Shown one piece after another: positions 18,917-29,127 of a stretch of DNA of 64,000 nt. How positions within the stretch are numbered: the stretch's first letter is position 1; the number at the start of each line of letters is the position of its first letter. The stretch is from Fibrobacterota bacterium (lineage in GTDB: Bacteria > Fibrobacterota > Fibrobacteria > UBA11236). The notes under the pieces were generated by a model. It was given only the letters and a program-made list of their open reading frames with translations, made no database searches and was not told where the DNA came from. The stretch lies in contig JAQBPO010000033.1 in NCBI GenBank assembly GCA_028287465.1, forward strand, positions 4,688-68,687, read 5' to 3'. The position numbers and the translations under genes were made by a program.

Positions 18917-20289
18917 GCGTTTACCGGATCGGTTTCTGGACCTTGATGGCCTACCTGCTCGTCGATTTCGGCCAGGTCCATCAGATGATACCGGGGCTTT
19001 CCCACCTGATGCCCGGCGCGATAACCACGGTCATCCTGCTGGCGCTCGTGCTGGTGGAACTGCCCCGCGGCCTCAATGCGCCCGGCGGGAGCTGGGTCCG
19101 CCCCGTGGTGATCTGGCGCGTGCTCTTCCTGGGGGCGATCGCCACCGGCCTGTTGCTGGCCGTCACCCAGGGGCGCGCCCTCATGGTCATCAAGACCGAG
19201 TTGCCGCGCTTCCTGACCGCCTTCCTGGGCGCATGCCTGTTCATCCGGCGCATGGAGGATCTGCGCGTGCTGCAGAACATGTTCATCGGCGTGGCCTTCA
19301 TGATTTCCGGATGGGTCATCTCCCATGGCGGCCACGGTCCGGGCCTTTACATAGACGAGAACGACGCCGCCCTGGTGCTGGTGATGCTGCTGCCCTTCTC
19401 CTGCATGAAGGTCTTCTCGGATACGGGCGGCGGGTTCAAGAAGGTCCTGATCCCCCTGGGGGTATTCCTCATCACCCTCACCGCCATCGGCCTTACCCTG
19501 TCGCGCGGCGGCATGGTGGGTTGCATGCCCGCCCTGGCCTTCTGCTGGCTCAAGAGCCGCAACAAGGCCTTGAGCCTGGCGCTGGGGGTCCTGGCCCTGA
19601 TGGTGGCCCTGGTCTTCGCGCCCAAGAACTTCACTTCCGAATTCGAGTCCATCGGCGACACCCATGAGAGCACGGCGGAAGCGCGCCGCTACTATTGGGA
19701 CCTCTCCGTGCAGATGTTCGAGAAGCGTCCCGTTTTCGGCGTGGGCGCGATGTGCTGGGGCAATGCGCTCTATTCCGGACTCTTGCCGAGTCCCGACCGG
19801 CGCGCGCATATGACGCCTCACTCCGTGTATTTCCAATTGCTGGCCGAGCTCGGGCTGGTGGGGATTTTCTGCTGGATGGGGTTCCTGGTGGCTACCTTTC
19901 GGGAGTTGCGGGAATTGCGGGGGGTCCGGCTTGAACAAGGCGCGCGCATGGTGATGGGGGACGATCCGGATCCGCGGGTGATGCGCCGCATGAGCATGGA
20001 CATCCGCTTCATCCGGTACTTTTCCGCCACTCTCGTCATCGGGATCATCGGATACCTGGTCAGCGGGGGATTCCTTTCGGTCCTGTTCTATCCCGGCATG
20101 GCCCTGTTCGCGGCCTTGAGCCAGGCCTCCGGACGGGTGTGGCGCACGGAACTCCTCGTTACGGCCATGCGATCCCGGAACGCCGCGGATCGCGCCGCCG
20201 ATCAAGAGGATGAGGATCGGTCGGAAGAGCGTAACGGCAGGATCGCTACGCCGCGCGCCGCGCTCGCCTTGGGCGGGGCCGAATCATGA
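18913..20289 (+). CDS. O-antigen ligase / Wzy-type polymerase family membrane protein
   Basis: 458 aa. ~10 TM helices, a Wzy_C-like loop carrying TLSRGG, and a large periplasmic loop. ATGA overlap with the upstream GT4. Confidence 0.72.
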   Translation: MSVYRIGFWTLMAYLLVDFGQVHQMIPGLSHLMPGAITTVILLALVLVELPRGLNAPGGSWVRPVVIWRVLFLGAIATGLLLAVTQGRALMVIKTELPRFLTAFLGACLFIRRMEDLRVLQNMFIGVAFMISGWVISHGGHGPGLYIDENDAALVLVMLLPFSCMKVFSDTGGGFKKVLIPLGVFLITLTAIGLTLSRGGMVGCMPALAFCWLKSRNKALSLALGVLALMVALVFAPKNFTSEFESIGDTHESTAEARRYYWDLSVQMFEKRPVFGVGAMCWGNALYSGLLPSPDRRAHMTPHSVYFQLLAELGLVGIFCWMGFLVATFRELRELRGVRLEQGARMVMGDDPDPRVMRRMSMDIRFIRYFSATLVIGIIGYLVSGGFLSVLFYPGMALFAALSQASGRVWRTELLVTAMRSRNAADRAADQEDEDRSEERNGRIATPRAALALGGAES

Positions 20290-21761
20290 TCGCCGAAGGC
20301 AACCGCGAAAAGGTCGACGTCCGGCCCCTCGTTCCGCCCAGCATATTCGTGGGGGCGGGATGGCTCGCCACGTGCAAGCTGGGGTCCCAGATCTTCTCCT
20401 GGATCGGCACGTTTTACGTCGCGTCCCACCTCTTGCCCGCTGATTACGGCCTCTCCAACCTGTCCACCGCCTTCACCGAATTCGCCGTGATCCTGACCAA
20501 CCTGGGCATCGGCACCACCTTGGTGCAGCGTCAGGAGGTCGATCGCGACAAGGCGGACACGCTTTTCACCGCCACCATCATGCTGGGGCTGTTGCTGGCG
20601 CTTTCGGCCCTGGGCCTTTCCTATTTCGGCTCCTGGTATTTCCGGAATCCCGATCTGGTGGCCCTCACCCAGTTCACGGCGGTCATCTACATCCTCAGTT
20701 CGCTCACCATAGTGCCCTACAACTTCCTCAACCGGGACATGCGCTTCAAGGAGCGCGGCCTGCTGGACATGTACAGCGTGGTCGCGTCCATTTCGGCGCA
20801 GATGCTGATGGCCTACCTGGGGATGGGCGTATGGACCCTGCTCTGGGGATCGGCCATCCGCTTCCTGGTGCGCCTCGGCCTGGCCTTCTGGTACTCCGGC
20901 TACAAGCCCAGGATCCATTTCCGGTATTCCCTGCTCAAGGAGGATCTCGGCTTCTCCGCCCAGCTCACCCTCAACTGGTTCCTGTTCGTCCTGAAGGAAC
21001 GCAGCATCCCCATCATCATGGGACGCGCCTATTCGGTTTCGCAATTGGGGCTGCTTGGATTCGCGGGCAGCCTGTCCGGCATCCCCAACCTCAAGATCGT
21101 GCAGTTGTTGCGCGAAGTGCTCCTGCCCCTGCTGGCCAAACGGGCCCATTCCCCCGCGGCCCAGTTGAGCGGTCTGGGCACCGCCCTCAAGGTCATGGTC
21201 CTGCTCGTCCTGCCCCTCTATTTCTGCGGTTGGTATTACGGCCAGGATACCCTCGCGTGCATCCTGCCGGAAAAATGGTCGCCCATGTTCCCGCTCTTCG
21301 AGGTATTGTGCCTGGTGCAGATGTGGAACGTCCTGGCCAGCATCGTTTCCATCTACAATACCGCCCAGGGGAAGCCTTCGAAGTCCACCTGGTTCGAACT
21401 GGGCATGGCCATCATCGTTCCCGGCGCGACCTTCGCCTTCCGCTACCTGGACCTGTTCCACCTGGCCCATATGTGGTCCGGCCTCGGGGCGGTGGTCTTC
21501 ATCGGGTGGTTCGCCTGGCAATTCCGGACCGAGGGGGCCTTCGTCAGGCGCTTCCTGGGCCAATTGCTTTCCGTGGTCGTCATCTGCGCGGCCCTGTTCT
21601 GCGTGGACAATATGATCGCCCCCTTCTCCACGGTCCAGATGGGCCGCAACGGAGCGGCCTGGGCCACCTTGGCCGCGCGAGTCGCATTGTTCCTTTCCGG
21701 TTACGGGCTTTACCTGAAGCTGGCCCACTGGGACTTCCTGATCGGATTGCGCAAGAAATAA
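20286..21761 (+). CDS. Wzx-type oligosaccharide flippase (MOP superfamily polysaccharide biosynthesis protein) 1
   Basis: 491 aa, 12-14 predicted TM helices. ATGA overlap with the Wzy gene. Confidence 0.75.
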   Translation: MIAEGNREKVDVRPLVPPSIFVGAGWLATCKLGSQIFSWIGTFYVASHLLPADYGLSNLSTAFTEFAVILTNLGIGTTLVQRQEVDRDKADTLFTATIMLGLLLALSALGLSYFGSWYFRNPDLVALTQFTAVIYILSSLTIVPYNFLNRDMRFKERGLLDMYSVVASISAQMLMAYLGMGVWTLLWGSAIRFLVRLGLAFWYSGYKPRIHFRYSLLKEDLGFSAQLTLNWFLFVLKERSIPIIMGRAYSVSQLGLLGFAGSLSGIPNLKIVQLLREVLLPLLAKRAHSPAAQLSGLGTALKVMVLLVLPLYFCGWYYGQDTLACILPEKWSPMFPLFEVLCLVQMWNVLASIVSIYNTAQGKPSKSTWFELGMAIIVPGATFAFRYLDLFHLAHMWSGLGAVVFIGWFAWQFRTEGAFVRRFLGQLLSVVVICAALFCVDNMIAPFSTVQMGRNGAAWATLAARVALFLSGYGLYLKLAHWDFLIGLRKK

Positions 21762-21873
21762 CCCCCGGGGCCCCGGATCCCCATCCGCGGGTTGCCGGAC
21801 GCCCTCCCGCCGGTTATTTTCCCCCCTGGTAAATCAGGATCGCCGCGAGGGAACGCAGCGGAAAGGAGACGGG

Positions 21874-22524
21874 ATGAACATCGCGATACTCGGAACGGGC
21901 ATGGTCGGCGCCACCATCGGGACCAAGATGATCCAGCTGGGGCACAAGGTGAGAATGGGCTCGCGTTCCGCCGGGAACGAGAAGGCGCTGGAATGGGTGA
22001 AGGCCGCCGGCGCCGATGCGTCCCAGGGAACCTTCGCGGATGCGGCCGCTTTCGGCGAGCTCGCCTTCAACTGCACGTCCGGGATGGGATCCCTGGAAGC
22101 CCTCGGACAGGCCGGCGCCGCCAACCTCAAGGGCAAGATCCTCATCGACGTCTCCAATCCCCTGGACTTCTCCAAAGGCATGCCTCCCACCTTGAATCCC
22201 TGCAATACGGATTCCCTGGGGGAGCGGATCCAGAAGGCCTTCCCGGAGGCGAAGGTGGTCAAGGCCCTCAATACCATGAACGCCCTCCTGATGGTGAACC
22301 CGGCCCAATTGGCCGGCGGGGATCATTCGGCGTTCATGTGCGGCAACGACGCGGAGGCCAAGGCCAAGGTGCAGGACCTGCTCAAGCAGGGCTTCGGCTG
22401 GAAGGACGTGGTCGATCTGGGGGATATCACCGCGGCGAGGGGACAGGAAATGATCCTGCCGATCTGGCTGCGGTTATGGGGCGGGCTCAAGACCCCTAAT
22501 TTCAATTTCAAGATCGTCCGTTAG
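21874..22524 (+). CDS. NADP oxidoreductase, coenzyme F420-dependent family (NAD(P)-binding Rossmann protein)
   Basis: 216 aa. N-terminal ILGTGMVGATIGTKM dinucleotide-binding motif. Confidence 0.62.
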   Translation: MNIAILGTGMVGATIGTKMIQLGHKVRMGSRSAGNEKALEWVKAAGADASQGTFADAAAFGELAFNCTSGMGSLEALGQAGAANLKGKILIDVSNPLDFSKGMPPTLNPCNTDSLGERIQKAFPEAKVVKALNTMNALLMVNPAQLAGGDHSAFMCGNDAEAKAKVQDLLKQGFGWKDVVDLGDITAARGQEMILPIWLRLWGGLKTPNFNFKIVR

Positions 22525-22535
22525 CGCAAGTCTCC

Positions 22536-22567
22536 GGCATGGCGGCATGCCGGTATGCCGCCATGCC
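22536..22567. terminator. GC-rich hairpin between convergent genes
   Basis: GGCATGGCGGCAT (22536-48) pairs with ATGCCGCCATGCC (22555-67), a 13-bp stem with 6-nt loop. No U-tract. Confidence 0.35.
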
Positions 22568-22617
22568 GCCGTTCCGGGTGCCTGCAGGGCTCCGGCGGCC
22601 CTCCTACGTCCCGCGGT

Positions 22618-23241
22618 TCACCGTTTGTACTTCCAGTTGTATTCCTTGCCTTCGGCCATCCAGGCGAGGGCCGTGGCCAGGCGCTTGGCGCGCGTTTCGT
22701 CCGTCTTCGCGTCCGTAAGCCACTCCAGGTATTCGCGCTGCTTGCCGGGGGTGAACGCCTGGTAGACCGCCTTGGCCGCCTTGTCCTTGCCCAGGGCCGC
22801 CAGGAACCACGCCGGCGCCTTGATGGGCGCCTTCGGCTTGGCCGCCTTGCCCCGGGTAGGGGATTTGATCCCTTGGTCATTCAGCTTCATGGCGGCCTTG
22901 ATGTAGCCGAGCAGGGCCTTGTCGCCCGGGAGATCAGTAACCTTGGTGATACGGCCGAACTGGCCCATGCCTTCTTCCTTGGCCGGAGCGCCTTTCCCGC
23001 CGGTGGGCTTCCCCACGACCAGGGCCCCTTTCCAGAATCCGAATCCGGCATGGGTCTTGAAGGCGGCCATGCCGCAGAGGATTTCGCCGCCGTAGAGGAA
23101 GTGGGGCATGCCCCACTTAAGGGTCTCTTCCGCCTCCGGGCATCCCTGATGCACGAGCTTGCGCAGGTGGGCCAGGATCGGTTTCGCGAAATCCGCGGAT
23201 TTGGCGATGAAGGCGTCGATACGGGGGTCTTTGCCGGCCAA
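22618..23241 (-). CDS. DUF1801/YdeI-like domain protein (start uncertain, TTG proposed)
   Basis: C-terminal YdeI-like region (REYLEWLTDAKTDETRAKRLATALAWMAEG). The 252-aa track ORF would overlap the upstream lipoprotein gene by 120 nt. TTG at 23241 has GGGAG 6 nt upstream. Confidence 0.45.
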   Translation of the reverse strand: MAGKDPRIDAFIAKSADFAKPILAHLRKLVHQGCPEAEETLKWGMPHFLYGGEILCGMAAFKTHAGFGFWKGALVVGKPTGGKGAPAKEEGMGQFGRITKVTDLPGDKALLGYIKAAMKLNDQGIKSPTRGKAAKPKAPIKAPAWFLAALGKDKAAKAVYQAFTPGKQREYLEWLTDAKTDETRAKRLATALAWMAEGKEYNWKYKR

Positions 23242-23255
23242 ATGAGGCTCCCGGG

Positions 23256-23573
23256 CTATTTCAACGTATTGGTCTTGATCTTGAAATGGAGGCCGCTTTC
23301 CATGAAGAGCACGCCTTCCTTGATCGGCAGGTAGCCCGCGGGGAAATGGGGCTTGAAGGACTCGGACAGGAACCATACCGTATCATTGGCGTAACGGTAG
23401 CTCCCTTGCGCCTTGAGGTTCTCCCGCACCACCACGAAGCCGTATTCGGCGCGGCCGTCGCGGTACAGGCGGATGAATTCATTGCCGACGGGGGCCGAGC
23501 GCTCGGCCACCAGCACCGGGGCCTGTTTGCATCCGGCCAGGGCCAGGATGGCGGCGAGGATCAAGGCTTTCAT
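23256..23573 (-). CDS. small hypothetical lipoprotein
   Basis: Lipobox MKALILAAILALAGC from the internal ATG 23573. Confidence 0.45.
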   Translation of the reverse strand: MKALILAAILALAGCKQAPVLVAERSAPVGNEFIRLYRDGRAEYGFVVVRENLKAQGSYRYANDTVWFLSESFKPHFPAGYLPIKEGVLFMESGLHFKIKTNTLK

Positions 23574-23628
23574 AAGGGGAAAAATAGTCAAACCGGGCGC
23601 GGCAGGGAGCGCGCCCGGAGGAAGGGGA

Positions 23629-24681
23629 TCAGAGGATCGAGGTGGCCAGGGTGAAAACGCGCTTCAAGGTCGTGGAAACCGTGGAAGCGGGGCGGGATCC
23701 CGGAACCGGTTCGGGCGAACCCGGGATCGGCAGGGGCCTGGAACTGGAGAGGGGATCTAGGCGTCCCAAATGGGGGACGGTCCGGTTCAACATGGAGCGC
23801 ATGCGCATGGCGGTCCATTTCCCCAGGATGACCAGGCAGATCAGGCGATCTTTCGGGCCCAGCGGCACCCGCGCGATGGATTTCCAGTACCCTATGGCGC
23901 GGGTCAAAGTCGGGTAATTCCCTCCGCTATGGTTGGCGTTGAACCAGACGCGCCGATCCTTGGCCGAGGGGAATTGGCGCGTGGACGTGCCCGGATGGTC
24001 GCGGCGCAGGAACAGGAATCCGGGGATCTCATGGAAAGGCCCGTATAGGGCGAGCTCCGCCAGGAGATTCCGGTCCGAGCCCACGAAATCGCCCATCAGG
24101 CCGGTCCGGCGCAAGAGGCGGGTGCGGATCACGCCGAAGATGGAAAAGCATGCATGGTCCACGTTGATCAGATCGTCGAAACGCACGCCCGTGTCCGGGG
24201 AACTGGTGCGCAGCCTGGTGCCGTACTCGCAGATGACCTCGCCGACGGGATCGATGATCAGGGTGCGCGGATAGCACAGCACCACTTCGGGCCTATCCTG
24301 CATTACGGCCACGCACTGTTCCAGCAGCTCCGGGGCGCATACGTCGTCGTGGGCGGTCCAGCGGAAAAGCGGCCCTTCGGCATAGGTGAAGACGCGGTTG
24401 AAATTCCAGGTGGCGCCGTGGTTCACCGCTTCCCGGTAATACCGGATGCGGGGCTCGCGGGCCGCGTATTCGCGGCAGATGGCTTCCGTGGCATCCGTCG
24501 AACCGTTATCGGAGATGATCAATTCCCAGGCGGGATAGGTTTGCGCGAGGACGGAGTCGAGGGCTTCCCTCAGGAAATTCTCCCCGTTGTATACCGGGAG
24601 GCCCAGGCTTACCAGGGGTTTGGAGTCCGGGGACTTCACTCGGTCGCGCGCTTCGTTCGCCATAGCGGATTGCAAAGACAT
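23629..24681 (-). CDS. glycosyltransferase family 2
   Basis: 350 aa. GT-A N-terminus (PLVSLGLPVYNGENFLREALDSVLAQTYPAWELIISDNGSTD). Confidence 0.78.
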   Translation of the reverse strand: MSLQSAMANEARDRVKSPDSKPLVSLGLPVYNGENFLREALDSVLAQTYPAWELIISDNGSTDATEAICREYAAREPRIRYYREAVNHGATWNFNRVFTYAEGPLFRWTAHDDVCAPELLEQCVAVMQDRPEVVLCYPRTLIIDPVGEVICEYGTRLRTSSPDTGVRFDDLINVDHACFSIFGVIRTRLLRRTGLMGDFVGSDRNLLAELALYGPFHEIPGFLFLRRDHPGTSTRQFPSAKDRRVWFNANHSGGNYPTLTRAIGYWKSIARVPLGPKDRLICLVILGKWTAMRMRSMLNRTVPHLGRLDPLSSSRPLPIPGSPEPVPGSRPASTVSTTLKRVFTLATSIL

Positions 24682-24889
24682 GGGGCACTCCCTGGGACTC
24701 GCGGGTGTCGATCCCGATACTCAAACAATATTCCGGCCCTCGCCAAGTCAATCGGCGGCTCGCTGCCGAACCGGGCGGAACCTGGTAAATTTGGCATTCT
24801 GCGCCACCACCCCCCGGACTTGGCCTGATTTCCTCATTATCTTCCGCGTAAAGATTGTCCCCGCCCTTTCCGGCCCGTATCTTCTTTCC

Positions 24890-26065
24890 ATGCCATCCGG
24901 ACCCCTTTTCCCTTCGGCCTCCTGGGCCCCGCGCCTGGCCCTGCTCGCGGCCCTGCTCTTGCCCCTGGGAAGCGCGGAAGCGCAGATCCAATACCGATCC
25001 GATTTCGAGGACGAGGACCCGGCCTGCTTTTCGGATCGGCCCGCCGCCGGTTGCAAAGGCTGGATGGGGATCCACGACGATGCCATCTCCCTCTGCCAAT
25101 GGGAGTACGGGCATTCCGGGCGGCAATGCCTGCGCCTCAATTTCACGAAGAACGAGGATTACGGCGGGACGTGGCGCAAGGCCGACACCCGCCATATCTT
25201 CACCCGCTTCTACGATTACTACGACGAAGGGTTCGACTTCGCCGCGGGCATGAAGATCCACCGCCTGTCCGGCTTCAACGAAGCCAAGCAGGTCAATGAT
25301 TTCGATATCATCCTGCAGCTGAAGGCGGATGCGCCCAACGCCGATTATTGCGGCCTGACGGACGCAAAATACCTGGCCCTCTCCTTCAATGGCGGGCCCG
25401 TGGATTGGGGCAGCGTCGAGGTGCGCTGGACCCCCGAACGCAAACGTTGGTACGCCATCGAGACCGAGATCAAGCTGAACACGCCCGGCTCCTCGGACGG
25501 AGAGGTGCGCATCTGGATCGACGGGCGCAAGATGGCCGAGAAGACGGGAATGAACCTGACGGCGGGCGTGTCGTCGCCAATCAACCGGGTCCTGTTCGGG
25601 GGATGGTATTCCAACGCGGCGGCGGGGAAGAATCCCTGCCCCAACCCGGTCGGTCCCTCGCGCCGGTACGTGGACGATCCCGCGGTCTCGGGGTCGTATA
25701 TCGGTCCCATCCCTACGATAACCCTCGGGCCGTCCCCCGGGACGCGCACCCTATCCCTGGTGCTTCCCGCTCCCGGTACCCTGAAGGTCGAGTTCGGCAA
25801 GGATGCCGGCTACGGTCTGGCCACGCCCTCCGCCGCTTCCCCCAACGGCGTCCACACCGCGGTGCTGACCGGACTGGACACCAATCGCGCCTATCATTAC
25901 CGGGTCAAGAGCGTTTTCAATACGGGATACGAATACGTTTCGCCGGACTACACCTTCTCCACCTCCGCAGCCGCGTCCCTTCCGCCCATCCCGGTCCCGC
26001 CCGCGCGGAAACCCAGGACGCCCCGGAACCTGAGGGCTCACGAGTACGATCCCATCCCGGACTGA
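24890..26065 (+). CDS. secreted hypothetical protein, jelly-roll/lectin-like N-domain plus FN3-like C-domain
   Basis: 391 aa from ATG 24890. Signal peptide MPSGPLFPSASWAPRLALLAALLLPLGSAEA. C-terminal AYHYRVKSVFNTGYEYVSPDYTF FN3-like strand pattern. The track ORF start at 24587 is upstream extension. Confidence 0.55.
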   Translation: MPSGPLFPSASWAPRLALLAALLLPLGSAEAQIQYRSDFEDEDPACFSDRPAAGCKGWMGIHDDAISLCQWEYGHSGRQCLRLNFTKNEDYGGTWRKADTRHIFTRFYDYYDEGFDFAAGMKIHRLSGFNEAKQVNDFDIILQLKADAPNADYCGLTDAKYLALSFNGGPVDWGSVEVRWTPERKRWYAIETEIKLNTPGSSDGEVRIWIDGRKMAEKTGMNLTAGVSSPINRVLFGGWYSNAAAGKNPCPNPVGPSRRYVDDPAVSGSYIGPIPTITLGPSPGTRTLSLVLPAPGTLKVEFGKDAGYGLATPSAASPNGVHTAVLTGLDTNRAYHYRVKSVFNTGYEYVSPDYTFSTSAAASLPPIPVPPARKPRTPRNLRAHEYDPIPD

Positions 26066-26130
26066 TTCGGATGATTGGGGACCGTCAGCCTCCGCCCCAG
26101 CTCCGGAACGGCCTGACGGGACGAACGCAC

Positions 26131-27261
26131 CTAGCGGGACGGCCTCAGGGTAGAAAGCCTGGTTTCCAGTTCCGCCAGGCTCGCGTCCCATTCCGCCGAA
26201 CGCCGGGCGAAAAGGGAACGCACGCCTTCGCGCAGGCGCGGCAGGTCCGCTCCGAGCCCGCGCAGGCGGGCTTCCAGGTCATCGGCGGAACCGTCCGTAT
26301 ACACGCAACCGGAATCGAAATAGGCCCGCAGGGCCGCGGAGTCTCCCAAGATCAGCGGCTTGCCCATCACCACGCCTTCATACCCGCCGCAAACCAGGGT
26401 CGCGGCCCGGGTGGTCACGGCCATCACCGCATCGCTTCCCGCCATCAAGGCGAAATAATCCCGATCGCTCAGGAAGCCGGTGGGGATGAAATTCGCCGGC
26501 GCGTCCCGCAGCATGCGGGCATAGGCCGGCTTGACCTTGCCCGTGATGCGCACGATGACCTCGCCTTGCAACCGGCGGCAGGCCTCGATGGCCTGCTCTA
26601 TCGGCTCATCGAAGGCCCAGGAGGAAACGAACAGGATTTCCTTCGGGGCGCCTTCGGGTCGCGGCTCCGGAAAACGCCCGTCCCAATGCGCCCGCAGATC
26701 CGGGAATGGATCCGGCAGGACGAATCCCTTGCCGCCCGCGCGTTCGACATGGCGGCGCAATTCCTCATTGGTCACGATGGTCAGGTCCGCGTTCCGCAAG
26801 GTATAGTCGCTCAGGAGATCGGATAGGCGCCGCCTCAGGCCCGCCCCGGCTCCCGCCAGATGGGCGAAATTGCTGTGCCGGTCCACCACCAGGGAATACC
26901 CGTACGCCCGTTTGACCAAGCAGGCCAGGGCCGCCAGGATCATGGAGGGATTCTGCGCCACCACGGTCTTGCCGCGCTGCGCGCTCAATTCCGCCAGGGT
27001 CTTGCGGATGGACAGGGGGTAACGTTTCCAGCCTCGATCTTCGTCCAGGCACAGGAGGAGGCGCGCCCCCAGGCGCTTCGCCAGGTTCAAGGATCGCCGC
27101 TGGGACTCCCACGCGATCCATATCCTGTCCGTGCCTCCGGAGCGTTCCGGGGCGGACGGGCCGGGTGATAATTCATTGTCCGTGAACCGCTGCGGCCCGG
27201 CGGGAAGGGAAGCGTCCGCCTGGAGGGAAGCCGATTCGACTCGGGTGTTCCCGGAATTCAC
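26131..27261 (-). CDS. glycosyltransferase (GT4-like, divergent)
   Basis: 376 aa from GTG 27261. That GTG overlaps the upstream methyltransferase stop as GTGA, indicating translational coupling; the track start at 27423 would overlap by 165 nt. C-terminal GT-B-like region. Confidence 0.58.
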   Translation of the reverse strand: MNSGNTRVESASLQADASLPAGPQRFTDNELSPGPSAPERSGGTDRIWIAWESQRRSLNLAKRLGARLLLCLDEDRGWKRYPLSIRKTLAELSAQRGKTVVAQNPSMILAALACLVKRAYGYSLVVDRHSNFAHLAGAGAGLRRRLSDLLSDYTLRNADLTIVTNEELRRHVERAGGKGFVLPDPFPDLRAHWDGRFPEPRPEGAPKEILFVSSWAFDEPIEQAIEACRRLQGEVIVRITGKVKPAYARMLRDAPANFIPTGFLSDRDYFALMAGSDAVMAVTTRAATLVCGGYEGVVMGKPLILGDSAALRAYFDSGCVYTDGSADDLEARLRGLGADLPRLREGVRSLFARRSAEWDASLAELETRLSTLRPSR

Positions 27262-27989
27262 AAGCGGAACCTCTTTCCCAGGGTATTGTACCAGCCCCAG
27301 ATCCGGCGGTGCTGTCCCAAATCGACCAGGGAGGAGATATCGCGGTCGGCGCTGCCGATCCAGATGCCGCCGGAATAGCGGCGGTAATCCTGGAAGAAGA
27401 TCTGGTGCGGGAAGAGTTCCCAAGGCTTATGCAGGAAATCCCGGTTCGCATCATGCAGGACCACCACCCCGCCTTCGGCGAGCAGGTAGCGCGCCTGGCG
27501 GAGGCAGGCCTCGCGGGCGCGTCCGTCCACCAGGATGAAATCGAATTCGCCCAAGCGGGCGGGATATTCCACGTACTCGCGGAAGTCGCCATAGGTCCCG
27601 TCGCCGTTTCCGGGGGACCAGGGATCCTTTTCCGGCGGCACGGCGTGTATGGTCACGTTTTCCGGGACTTCACCGCGGATGCGGTCGGCCCATTGGGCGT
27701 CATGCTCGATGGCGGTCCACTCCCCTCCCGGCGGCAGGAGGCGGGAGAAATGCGAGGTGCCGTATCCGGCGCCCCATTCGAGGGCGCGGAGCGGCTTCAG
27801 GGCCGTAAGCAACTCCTCCATGATGCGGATTTCGCGGTATTTCATCCAGGGCTTCCGCACGGGCTTGCGCAGGATATGTTCCATGACCTTGTCCCGGTAT
27901 TCCCGGACGGCTTGGTCCAGGAACACATGCAAGGGTTTGGCGCTGGAGCGCCGCGGCGCGACTAATACGGGATTGGTTTCCGTGGTCAT
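27258..27989 (-). CDS. class I SAM-dependent methyltransferase
   Basis: 243 aa from ATG 27989 (MTTETNPVLV). Motif I LEWGAGYGTS. The N-terminal 164 codons of the track ORF are low-complexity extension. Confidence 0.65.
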   Translation of the reverse strand: MTTETNPVLVAPRRSSAKPLHVFLDQAVREYRDKVMEHILRKPVRKPWMKYREIRIMEELLTALKPLRALEWGAGYGTSHFSRLLPPGGEWTAIEHDAQWADRIRGEVPENVTIHAVPPEKDPWSPGNGDGTYGDFREYVEYPARLGEFDFILVDGRAREACLRQARYLLAEGGVVVLHDANRDFLHKPWELFPHQIFFQDYRRYSGGIWIGSADRDISSLVDLGQHRRIWGWYNTLGKRFRL

Positions 27990-28158
27990 GATATGGGGAT
28001 TCCTCCTGAGACACGTTGGTAAGGCGCGGCTAGGCAGCGCCGTTCCGCGAGCGCCGGGTCCGCGAAAGCGGCGCAGGCATAGTGTTAAGATCAAATCCGT
28101 CCTTTGCCGATGCAAGCGGTAAAAACCGTATCCTTTCCGCGACAGAACCGGCGCAATC

Positions 28159-28197
28159 GGCCCGTATACGCTGATACGGGACTTCACGGGCCTTTTT
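28159..28197 (+). terminator. orphan intrinsic-terminator-like hairpin plus T5 in a 415-bp non-coding region
   Basis: GGCCCGT (28159-28165) pairs with ACGGGCC (28186-28192). The loop contains the self-complementary CGTATACG. TTTTT follows at 28193-28197. No + strand CDS lies upstream. Confidence 0.4.
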
Positions 28198-28404
28198 GTC
28201 ACGGGGACTGTCGATAAAACTGACAGCAATTTGACTGGCCTGTATCCCGACCGGGCGATACAATCTTTATGTCTCCGTTCAATCGGAACGGCCGCTCCCG
28301 CGGCCAAACCGGCTTCCGTCCAAGCCGGATCCGGCTCCCAAGAGGGGGCTTTCACGGAGGAAACGCTTCGAATCCGCCTGAGTCGGCCCTGAAAAGGTAT
28401 TGCC

Positions 28405-29127
28405 ATGTCCTTGAGCCACGCATCCATCCTTTCCTCCTGCATCATCATGCTGGGGACGTTTATGGCGGAGGCCAAGGGCATTTCCGTGCGTTTCCTGGCC
28501 GGCCCGGCCGAAGATTCCCTGGTCCGCTATGAAATCTACCGCTCCTCCGCGCCTGGTGAACCCGCGCTCCCGATCGGCGAGCTCCCCGCGGTCAAGGGCC
28601 TGGATACCCTGAGCTTCGCCGACGAATCGGCCGAGAAAGGCCGTTCCTACGCCTATCTCGTCAAAGGCGTGAATGCGGAAGGCATCGAGAGCGATCCGTC
28701 CGATACGACCTTGGTGGGCTATCCCTACCTGTCCCTGCCGGATACCTTGCGCCCCGATAAGGTCACCGGCCTGATACGCATGGTCCTGCCGGCCGGCAGC
28801 GATCCCTTGCGCGGCGCGGTACCCCTGTCCCTGGCCCTTTTGGATTCTTCCCGCTTCAGCCTCGTCTTCGATCCCGCTTCGAATACCGCCACCCTCCGCG
28901 CCCGCAGCGGGCGCACGGATACCGGATGGGCCGTGGTCCGGGCGCAGTATTTCGACAAGTTCTCGGATTTGGATTCCGTCCTGATCCTCCCGGAGCCCCG
29001 TTCCACGGTCGCGCTTTCCACCCCGTCCCAGGTCGATCGGCCGCAGAACCGCCTTTCGGACGGGAACCGGCCCCGGTTCCTCTGGAAGGGGAGGACCGCG
29101 ACCGGAAGGTTTTCTCCCGATCGGTAA
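28405..29127 (+). CDS. secreted hypothetical protein with FN3-like domain
   Basis: 240 aa. N-terminal hydrophobic signal (MSLSHASILSSCIIMLGTFMAEA). RYEIYRSS...SYAYLVKGVNAEGIESDPS FN3-like pattern. Codon third positions are G/C-rich, consistent with coding. Confidence 0.5.
   Translation: MSLSHASILSSCIIMLGTFMAEAKGISVRFLAGPAEDSLVRYEIYRSSAPGEPALPIGELPAVKGLDTLSFADESAEKGRSYAYLVKGVNAEGIESDPSDTTLVGYPYLSLPDTLRPDKVTGLIRMVLPAGSDPLRGAVPLSLALLDSSRFSLVFDPASNTATLRARSGRTDTGWAVVRAQYFDKFSDLDSVLILPEPRSTVALSTPSQVDRPQNRLSDGNRPRFLWKGRTATGRFSPDR

Noticed and set aside
20202-21728. 508-aa minus-strand ORF opposite flippase 1
   Set aside because: Antisense shadow of a 12-TM Wzx gene.
22536-22567. Possible CRISPR-like or repeat element at the palindromic GC-rich sequence
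   Set aside because: Single dyad only, with no array of direct repeats and spacers. Interpreted as an intergenic hairpin between convergent genes.
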